In this document: positions 1-7,600 of the stretch, piece after piece
Layout of the letters: each line of letters begins with the position of its first letter
Position numbering within the stretch: the stretch's first letter is position 1
Assembly: GCA_938023415.1 (NCBI GenBank)
Contig: CALHEE010000012.1
Coordinates: forward strand, 1-46,372
DNA length: 46,372 nucleotides
Direction: 5' to 3'
Source of the DNA: Minisyncoccota bacterium
GTDB taxonomy: Bacteria > Patescibacteriota > Minisyncoccia > Minisyncoccales > GBS-2
The notes under the pieces: model-generated
Seen by the model: only the letters and a program-made list of their open reading frames with translations
The model's database searches: none
What the model was told of the DNA's origin: nothing
Program-made: the position numbers and the translations under genes

Positions 1-717
1 GCCAAAGACTTAAACGGAGTAGATAGGGTCATGGCTTATTATCATGGAAAATGGAACAGTCAATCTTGTGATGGAGCAACAGAATGTACCAAAACCTTTA
101 CCTTCTCAGAATCTGTTCCTGGTGTCTACTTCTACTACGGCTATGTCTATGGAAGAAAAGCTGACGGAAGCTTAGAAGGGAAATATACCACTCCTTCCTT
201 TGTGAAAGTAGTCATTCTTTCACCAACCCCGACACCAACGCCTTATCCTACTCCTTTACCGACTTTTCCCATTCCTTCACCGACACCTACACCTTCTTTG
301 CTTCCTGATTTAATAGTTCAAGATATCTATTATGATGAGCCTTACATTAGAGTAAGATATTGTAATATTGGTTCTGGTACCAGTACCTCAGATTTTCTCA
401 TTAAGCTAAAAAACAACAAGACTGGAGAGGAATACGAAGGCAATCCTTATTATCGATTTAAAGTACCTCAGCCAGGAAAATGCGAAGTGACTGGAGGATA
501 TACCCCAAGTTTAATCGGTTTAAAGTATGGACAATTTGCCCTCGTTACCGCCATCATTGATTGGGAAAACCGGGTGGTGGAATCAAACGAAAACAATAAT
601 ACCTTAACTAAAACGATTGGTTCTCTTTCTCTCAAGGATATGTCCGAACAGCTTGCGTCATTGGAGGCAGTAATCAAACAATTAAAAGAGGCCCTCCAAG
701 AACTTTTGGGTAGATAG
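1..717 (+). CDS. Secreted/surface protein, 5'-partial, with a Pro/Thr linker and a CARDB-like beta-sandwich segment
   Basis: Frame 1 has no stop from nt 1, so the ORF probably continues upstream; the first ATG is at 31. It has a linker SPTPTPTPYPTPLPTFPIPSPTPTPS, then PDLIV...VVESNENNNTL, which resembles CARDB-type adhesion domains. The C-terminal tail is heptad-like (LASLEAVIKQLKEALQELL). Confidence 0.6.
   Translation, partial: AKDLNGVDRVMAYYHGKWNSQSCDGATECTKTFTFSESVPGVYFYYGYVYGRKADGSLEGKYTTPSFVKVVILSPTPTPTPYPTPLPTFPIPSPTPTPSLLPDLIVQDIYYDEPYIRVRYCNIGSGTSTSDFLIKLKNNKTGEEYEGNPYYRFKVPQPGKCEVTGGYTPSLIGLKYGQFALVTAIIDWENRVVESNENNNTLTKTIGSLSLKDMSEQLASLEAVIKQLKEALQELLGR
220..297 (+). repeat. Low-complexity Pro/Thr-coding linker (cca/ccg/cct + aca/acc/acg codon run)
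   Basis: Read directly: tca cca acc ccg aca cca acg cct tat cct act cct tta ccg ... aca cct aca cct tct. Confidence 0.8.
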
Positions 718-740
718 GTTTTCTTTTTGCAAAGAAAAAA

Positions 741-767
741 AGCCCGTTCCTTGTGCGGGCTTTTTTC
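741..767. terminator. Bidirectional intrinsic terminator between convergent genes
   Basis: Stem gcccg (742-746) pairs with cgggc (756-760) around a 9-nt loop. An A-run lies upstream (aaagaaaaaaa) and a T-run downstream (ttttttc). It sits between the + strand surface-protein gene and the - strand rplT. Confidence 0.75.
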
Positions 768-788
768 TTTTTCTAAAATTTTTCATTT

Positions 789-1136
789 TTAGCCTTTTAC
801 TTTTTCGATTATTTTTTCAAAGATCTCTGGTTTTTCTATGGCTAATTGAGCTAAGATTTTTCTGTTTAATTCTATTTTGTTTTTTTTCAGACCGGCAATA
901 AATTTTGAATAAGTTAAACCGAACTCACGACAGGCAGAATTTATCTCTGCCTGCCAAACTCTTCGATAATTTCTTTTCTTTTCCTTTCTTCCTCTGTAGG
1001 CATAACTCCAGGCATGAAAAAGGGCTTCTTTTGCCAAGCGATATTTTGATTTTCTTCCCCATTTAAATCCTTTGGCCTCTTTTAAAAGTCGTTTTCTTCT
1101 TTTATGGGCTATTTTTCCTCTCTTTACTCTTACCAT
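789..1136 (-). CDS. rplT: 50S ribosomal protein L20
   Basis: 115 aa, MVRVKRGKIAHKRRKRLLKEAKGF...; typical L20 N-terminus and length. It is the last gene of the conserved infC-rpmI-rplT order. Confidence 0.95.
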   Translation of the reverse strand: MVRVKRGKIAHKRRKRLLKEAKGFKWGRKSKYRLAKEALFHAWSYAYRGRKEKKRNYRRVWQAEINSACREFGLTYSKFIAGLKKNKIELNRKILAQLAIEKPEIFEKIIEKVKG

Positions 1137-1141
1137 AAATT

Positions 1142-1327
1142 TTAATAATAAAGGTATCTTTTAATTAATTTTGCCTCAGCTTTAGAAAGAGGAATCCATT
1201 TTCGAGTTTGCCTTATTTTTTTTCCTGATTTTTTAGCACGATAGTGATCTTGACCGGTGGGTCTTCTCAGAATTTTTCCGGTTTTAGTGATTTTGAATCT
1301 TTTTATGATCGATTTTCGTGTTTTCAT
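1142..1327 (-). CDS. rpmI: 50S ribosomal protein L35
   Basis: 61 aa, very basic: MKTRKSIIKRFKITKTGKILRR...H. It lies between infC and rplT. Confidence 0.9.
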   Translation of the reverse strand: MKTRKSIIKRFKITKTGKILRRPTGQDHYRAKKSGKKIRQTRKWIPLSKAEAKLIKRYLYY

Positions 1328-1342
1328 AAAAAATAAAATTTA

Positions 1343-1852
1343 TTAACCTTTGGTAATTATTATCGTTAAGCCGAGTGGCTCTTTCTTTAATTCTCTTTCA
1401 ATTTTGAAGGCTATTTCTTTTTGTAGGCTTTCCAAAAATTTTTTAATTTTTTCTTTAGCTAAATCTTCATGCATTTTTTCTCTGCCTCTTAAGATCATTT
1501 CTATTTTGATCTTATTCCCTTTTACCAAGAAATTTTTTGTCTGCTCTACTTTTGTCTCGAGGTCATGGAGAGAGATGTTAAATCCTAACCTTATTCTTTT
1601 CAATTCACCAGTCGTTTTTGCCTTTTTCTTTTTCTCTTTCTTTTTTAACTGATAAAGGTATTTACCGTAGTTCATCATTTTGCAAACAGGAGGGTCTACC
1701 TTTTCTGTAATTTGAATTAAATCTAAATTGCGCTCCCTGGCCATTCGGAGCGCTTCTTCCAATGGAAGAATGCCTACCTGCTTTCCTTCTTCGTCAATTA
1801 ATCTTACTTCCCTTGCCCTTATTTGATTGTTAACCAATGGTTTTTTTAACAA
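1343..1852 (-). CDS. infC: Translation initiation factor IF-3
   Basis: The NNQIRAREVRLIDEEGKQ.G motif is typical of the IF-3 N-domain, and a C-domain follows. There is no in-frame ATG near the N-terminus: the start is TTG at 1852-1850, or possibly ATT at 1870-1868. Confidence 0.9.
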   Translation of the reverse strand: MLKKPLVNNQIRAREVRLIDEEGKQVGILPLEEALRMARERNLDLIQITEKVDPPVCKMMNYGKYLYQLKKKEKKKKAKTTGELKRIRLGFNISLHDLETKVEQTKNFLVKGNKIKIEMILRGREKMHEDLAKEKIKKFLESLQKEIAFKIERELKKEPLGLTIIITKG

Positions 1853-1876
1853 TTGATTTTTCTTAACAATTTTCAG

Positions 1877-2214
1877 TGGAGATGGCGAGAATCGAACTCG
1901 CGTCTGGAAAGTTAAACCTAAAATAGGGTTACAGGCTTAGTCTGGTTTAGAGGAAGGGTAAAGAGTAAAAACCAGACAAAATCTCTCTACCCATCATCCG
2001 ATGAAGTTTCGATAGTTCTTCTCGGATTTAAAAGAACTATCTATCTCGCAAATTATCACGCCAAAGATTAGCTAGCGAGAATCGCTAATTTTGGCGGCCT
2101 TAGCATTAAGCATAGGCTAAGGCAGGTTCTCTGGATAAGTTGGCACTTATTTTAAGGCAAAGAACGTGCCTGCCTATTTTAGGTTCACTCTCCATCGAAA
2201 CCTTTTGCATCCCC
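1877..2214 (-). ncRNA. ssrA: tmRNA (SsrA), about 338 nt, CCA not encoded
   Basis: On the minus strand the 5' end reads GGGGATGCAAAAGGTTTCGATGGAGAG (consensus-like GGGG...GG(A/T)TTCGA(C/T)GG). The 3' end reads GCGAGTTCGATTCTCGC-CATCTCC-A, i.e. T-arm plus acceptor strand. The 7-bp acceptor GGGGAUG/CAUCUCC includes the G3:U70 alanine identity pair. An internal tag frame follows AAAATAAGT. smpB is immediately upstream. Confidence 0.85.
2106..2144 (-). other. tmRNA tag reading frame: resume codon GCC, encoded tag ANLSREPALAYA, stop TAA with a second in-frame TAA two codons later
   Basis: Minus strand: ...AAAATAAGT GCC AAC TTA TCC AGA GAA CCT GCC TTA GCC TAT GCT TAA TGC TAA. The context resembles the E. 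coli resume region (AAUAGUC GCA AAC ...). Confidence 0.6.
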
Positions 2215-2667
2215 ATTAAAATAACCTCTTTTCAAAGTTCTTTCAATTTCTCGCTCAATTTCTCTTTTTTTGATCAAATCTCGCTTGTCTATTTTCTTTT
2301 TTCCTTTAGCCACCCCAAATTCCAACTTTATATTCTTTTTTTTAATATACACCCTTAAAGGAACTAAAGTCAAGCCCCTTTCTTTCGATTTTCCGATTAA
2401 ATATTTGATCTCTGATTTTTTCAATAAAAGTTTTCTTGATCTATCTGGTTGATAATTAGAGGGAGCATTTTTGGGTTGATAGGGAGGAATGTAAGCTCCA
2501 ATCCAAAAAGCCTCTCCCCCTTTTATCACCACATAGCTTCCACCTAAATTTACTCCATTTATTTTTAAAGATTTCACCTCTTGACCAAGCAAAGAAATTC
2601 CTGCTTCAAATTTTTCCAAAATCTGATAATGGTAATAAGCCTTTTTGTTTTCTCCTAAAATCTTCAT
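2185..2667 (-). CDS. smpB: SsrA-binding protein SmpB
   Basis: 160 aa, NKKAYYHYQILEKFEAGISLLGQEVKSLK...GLTLVPLRVY...K.E.GVAKGKK.DKR; classic SmpB motifs and a basic C-terminal tail. The last 10 codons plus the TGA stop overlap the tmRNA 5' end. Confidence 0.9.
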   Translation of the reverse strand: MKILGENKKAYYHYQILEKFEAGISLLGQEVKSLKINGVNLGGSYVVIKGGEAFWIGAYIPPYQPKNAPSNYQPDRSRKLLLKKSEIKYLIGKSKERGLTLVPLRVYIKKKNIKLEFGVAKGKKKIDKRDLIKKREIEREIERTLKRGYFNGDAKGFDGE

Positions 2668-2748
2668 ACTTTTATTTTAACAAGATCTCAGTTAAAATAA
2701 TAATGAATCGAAATAAAAGTAAAGCGGGGAAAAATTTTCAAAGAAATC

Positions 2749-2976
2749 ATGAAATATTCTCAAAAAGAAAAAATTACTTCAGTTGTCCTCATTTCTTTGT
2801 TAGGCTCTTTATTTAAAGTGATTTTTAACTTTTTAAAATCATTGTCCCGCAAATTCATTTCTAAAAAGAATAAGGAGCCATTAGAAATTGAGTTTAAGCT
2901 AGGAAAGATGGTTTTAAAAGAGAAAAAAAGTTTTGTTTGCTCAGTTAATAGAAGGAAGATTATTTTCACCAGTTAA
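2749..2976 (+). CDS. Possible small membrane protein (75 aa); weakly supported
   Basis: This is the only sizeable ORF in the 372-nt smpB/argS gap. It has one hydrophobic stretch (ITSVVLISLLGSLFKVIFNFL) and a Lys-rich tail. There is no Shine-Dalgarno site and I recognise no family. Confidence 0.2.
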   Translation: MKYSQKEKITSVVLISLLGSLFKVIFNFLKSLSRKFISKKNKEPLEIEFKLGKMVLKEKKSFVCSVNRRKIIFTS

Positions 2977-3039
2977 AGTAGTGATTGAATAACCAAAAGA
3001 GAAATTAGAAAAACTTTGCCCTTAAGGAGCTAAAAAAAC

Positions 3040-4644
3040 ATGATTCGAAAAAAAATTTTAAATTTAATCGGAAAAACGCTCAGACGACTTCAAAAAGAAA
3101 AACTTTTTCCTTTGGTTGATTTATCAAAAATTAAGGTCGAACATTCTCCAAAAAGAGAATACGGAGATTATTGTAGTAATGTGGCAATGGTTTTGGCTGG
3201 AATTTTAAAGAAAGAGCCCAAAGAGATTGCGAAAATCTTTCTAGAAAAACTTCAGGAGTTTAAAATAGAAAAGTTTTTTGAAAAAATAGAGGTGGCGGGC
3301 GCTGGCTTTATTAATTTCTTTCTTTCCAAGAACTATTTGCAAAAAGCAGTTTTTGAGATCTTAAAAAAAGATAAAGATTTTGGACGTTTAAATGTTGGGA
3401 AAAATATAAAAACTCAAGTTGAGTTTATTTCCGCAAACCCTACCGGCCCCCTCCATATTGGTAACGGAAGAGGAGCTTTTTTCGGAGATGTCTTGGCCAA
3501 TCTTTTAGAAAAGGCAGGTTATAAAGTGGAAAGAGAATACTATCTGAATGATGCCAAATTCAATACCCAAATTCAAACTTTAGGAAAAACTGCCTTAGGA
3601 AAGGGGAAAACTTATTTAAATGATTATCTTCAATCTAAGATTTTAAAAATTAAGACTAAATTAAAAAGAGTAAACAATGATGCAGAGGCAGGCTATCTTT
3701 TAGCAAAAGAAGTTTTCAAAGATATCAAAAATTTTATTGAAAAAGAACTGAAAATTAAATTTCACAAATGGGTATCTGAAGAGGAGCTTTATCGAAAAAA
3801 TAAAGTGAAAAAAATCTATCAATGGTTAAAAGCTCAAAACTTAGTCTATCAAAAAGAAGGAGCAGAATGGCTTAAAATCTCAGATTTTGGGGCACCAAAA
3901 GATGAGGTGATTATCAGAAAAACTGGAGAACCAACCTATTTTTTATCAGACATTGCCTATCATAAAGATAAATTTGATCGCGGTTTCAAAAAAATTATTA
4001 ATATTTGGGGGGCAGATCATCAAGGTCATGTCCCCAAAATTAAGGCAATAGCAAAAATTCTAAATTATAAGGGAAAATTAGACATTTTAATCTGCCAAAT
4101 GGTGAGATTGAAGGGAGGAAAAATTTCCAAAAGAAAGGGAAAAATCATTACCTTAAAAGAGCTGATTGAGGAAGTAGGATTAGATGTTGCTCGTTTTTTT
4201 TATTTAACAAAATCTTTGTCTACCCAAATGGAATTTGACATCAAATTAGCAAAAAGTCACAGTCAAAAAAATCCAGTCTATTACATTCAGTATGCCCATG
4301 CCAGAATTTGTAGTATTTTAAGGAAATACAAAAAGCAAAATAAAATTGAGGCGAATATTAAAAATTTAAGGTGTTTGGAGCATGAGAGTGAATTAGAACT
4401 TGTTAAGCATCTCATTAAATTTCCAGAAATTATTGAAGAAACAGCGCAAGATTATCAAATTCAAAGAATTCCCCAGTATGCTTTAGATTTAGCCACTGCC
4501 TTTCATCAGTTTTATCAAGATTGTCGAGTAATTTGTGAAGATCAAAAACTCACCCAAGCAAGATTAGCCTTAATTTTGGCTACTAAAATCGTCCTCAGAG
4601 AAACCTTCTCTCTCTTGGGAATTTCTCTTCCAGAGAAAATGTGA
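3040..4644 (+). CDS. argS: Arginine--tRNA ligase
   Basis: 534 aa. Motifs: SANPTGPLHIGNGRGA (HIGH), an anticodon-binding DALR-type C-terminus (YIQYAHARICSILRK), and an N-terminal Add-1-like domain. AAGGAG lies upstream of the ATG. Confidence 0.95.
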   Translation: MIRKKILNLIGKTLRRLQKEKLFPLVDLSKIKVEHSPKREYGDYCSNVAMVLAGILKKEPKEIAKIFLEKLQEFKIEKFFEKIEVAGAGFINFFLSKNYLQKAVFEILKKDKDFGRLNVGKNIKTQVEFISANPTGPLHIGNGRGAFFGDVLANLLEKAGYKVEREYYLNDAKFNTQIQTLGKTALGKGKTYLNDYLQSKILKIKTKLKRVNNDAEAGYLLAKEVFKDIKNFIEKELKIKFHKWVSEEELYRKNKVKKIYQWLKAQNLVYQKEGAEWLKISDFGAPKDEVIIRKTGEPTYFLSDIAYHKDKFDRGFKKIINIWGADHQGHVPKIKAIAKILNYKGKLDILICQMVRLKGGKISKRKGKIITLKELIEEVGLDVARFFYLTKSLSTQMEFDIKLAKSHSQKNPVYYIQYAHARICSILRKYKKQNKIEANIKNLRCLEHESELELVKHLIKFPEIIEETAQDYQIQRIPQYALDLATAFHQFYQDCRVICEDQKLTQARLALILATKIVLRETFSLLGISLPEKM

Positions 4645-4691
4645 TAAAGCTAAATTTTGACAGAGAAAACTAAAATGATATTTTTAGATAT

Positions 4692-7600
4692 ATGAAGTTA
4701 AAATTGTCAAAACTTGAAGAAAAAATTATCCGTTTTTGGAAAAAAAATCAGATTTTTGAAAAGAGCATTAAAAAAAGGAAAAGAAACAAACATTTTGTTT
4801 TTTACGAAGGACCACCCACCGCCAATGCCAAGCCTGGCATTCATCATGTTTTAACTCGTATCTTTAAAGACCTTATCTGTCGTTACAAGACAATGCGGGG
4901 ATTTTTGGTTTTGAGAAAGGCAGGGTGGGATACTCATGGTTTACCTGTGGAATTAGAGATTGAAAAGAAACTGGGAATAAAGAGCAAAAAAGAAATTGAG
5001 AAATATGGCATTTCAAAGTTTAACAAGGAATGCAAAAAATCAGTTTGGAGTTATAAAAGGGAATGGGAAAAACTTACAGAAAGAATTGGTTTTTGGTTAG
5101 ATATGAAAAATCCTTATATTACTTATGAGACAAGTTATATTGAATCTTTGTGGTGGATATTAAAAAAAATTTGGCAAGATGGGCTTTTATACGAAGATTA
5201 TAGAGTTTCTCCTTATTGTCCAAGATGTCAGACGATTCTTTCCACGCATGAATTAGCTCAAGGCTACCAGAAAATCAAAGAACCTGCCATTTATCTCAAA
5301 TTTCCTATTTTAAATCCAGAGTTTAAAAAAACTTCCCTTTTAATTTGGACAACTACTCCCTGGACATTACCTGGGAATGTAGCAGTCGCCATTAACGAGA
5401 ATTTCAAATATTGTCAAATTAAAATTGGTGAGGAATTTTTCATTCTGGCTAAAGAAAGGATTAAACCTTTAAAACTTAATGGAGAAATTATTCAAGAATT
5501 TTTCGGAAAGGATCTTTTAAAAATTTATTATCAACCACCTTATCCGCTAGAAGAAGAGAAAAAAATGACAATTTATCGGGTGATAAGCGGAGATTTCGTT
5601 TCTTTAGAGGAGGGTACAGGTTTGGTTCACATTGCGCCAGCTTTTGGTGAAGAAGATATGGAAGTGATTAAAAAAGAGAATGCCAAACTTAAAAGTCAGG
5701 GACTTCCAGAATTTCCTATTATTTTAACTGTCGACGAAGAGGGAAAATTTAAGCTTAATGTTCAAAAATGGGCTGGTCTTTTTGTAAAAAATGCTGACCC
5801 TTTGATTATTCAGGATTTAAGAGAAAGAGGACTTTTATTTAAAGAAGAACTTTATGAGCACGATTATCCTTTCTGTTGGCGATGCCATACCCCCTTACTT
5901 TATTACGCCAAAAAAAGCTGGTTTATCAAAATGACCGCTATGAAAGAGAAGTTAATAGAAAATAATCGAAAAATAAATTGGGTTCCAGAGTATTTGAAAG
6001 AAGGAAGATTTGGAGAATGGCTTAGGGAAGTAAAAGACTGGGCCCTCTCAAGAGAAAGATATTGGGGAACCCCCCTACCTGTCTGGGAATGCAAAAGTTG
6101 TGGAGCAAAAGAAGTAATTGGTTCAAGGGAAGATTTATTAAGACAAAAATTTTCTCAAAATAGATATTTTATTTTAAGACATGGAGAATCAGAGATGAAC
6201 AAAAAGGGAATTATCATTTCTCTTTTGCCAGAAAAAATTCCCTGCCCCTTAACTCAAAAAGGAAAAAGAGAAATCAAAAAAATTTGCCAAAAACTCAAAA
6301 GAGAAAAAATTGACTTAATAATTTCTTCAGATCTTTTAAGAGCTAAAGAAACGGCAGAGATTGTGGGAAAAGAATTAGGTATTAAACCATTTTTCGATAA
6401 GAGACTAAGAGATATTAAAGCTGGGATTTTTGAAGGAAAAAAATTGTCTCAATTCCTTTCTTTTTGGAAAAGCTATGAGGAAAGATTTTTTAAGAAACCT
6501 AAAGGTGGGGAGAGCTACAACGATCTAAAGAAGAGAATGTATAAATTTTTAAAAGAAATAGAAGAGAAGTACTCAGGAAAGACAATTTTGTTGATCAGCC
6601 ATCAAAGGCCACTGGCCATGCTTGAGGGCGCGGTAAAGGGTTTTGAACCAAAGGAATTTTTAAAAAAGATTGAGCCTTACAAACTAAAAACAGGAGAACT
6701 TAGAGAAATTGAATTTAAAATTTTCCCCTATAACGAAAACGGCCAATTAGATTTTCATCGCCCTTTCATTGATGAAGTGAAATTTTTTTGTCAGCGATGC
6801 GGAGGAATAATGGAAAGAAGGCCTGAAGTGATCGATTGCTGGTTTGACTCTGGCGCAATGCCCTTTGCCCAGGCCCATTGGCCTTTTGCCTGGTCAAAAA
6901 CGAAAAATTCAAGATTTGAAATTCAAAATTTTGTTAAAAAAGGATTTCAATTTCCCGCTGATTTTATTTGTGAAGCGGTTGATCAAACCAGGGGATGGTT
7001 TTACACTCTTTTGGCTATTTCTACTCTTTTGGGTTTTGGCCCAGCCTACAAGAATGTCATTTCTCTTGGACATGTGTTGGACGAAAAAGGAGAAAAAATG
7101 TCCAAATCAAAAGGAAATGTTGTCGATCCCTGGTCTCTTATTGAAAAATATGGAATCGAAAGTATAAGATGGTATTTTTTTACTATCAATCAACCTAGCG
7201 ACCCAAAATTATTTTCGGAAAAAGATGTTGAAGAAGCTTTTCAGAAATTTATTTTGATTTTCTGGAATTGTCTGATTTTTTATCAAACCTACAACCGAAA
7301 AGCCAGACTAAATTTAATTTCACCCCCTCCCATCACTACCCTTTCTATTCTTGATAAATGGATCATTTCAAAGTTAGAAAGACTTATTCAAGAATGTACA
7401 GAAAGCCTTGAAAAATACCAAATTACTAGAGCTGGCCGTCTGATCGAAAATTTTGTCATTAAAGACCTTTCTCTTTGGTACATTCGCCGTTCAAGAAAAA
7501 AATTTCAATTTCCAGCAAATAAAAAAGAATTTGAGAAAAGTTCTCGAGTTTTGGGTTTTGTTTTATTAACCTTAACCAAATTAATTGCCCCATTTTTACC

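Noticed and set aside
2668-3039. A T-box leader upstream of argS, and by extension upstream of the other five synthetase genes.
   Set aside because: No T-box core sequence or terminator/antiterminator pair is visible in the argS gap. The other synthetase genes have upstream gaps that are far too short.
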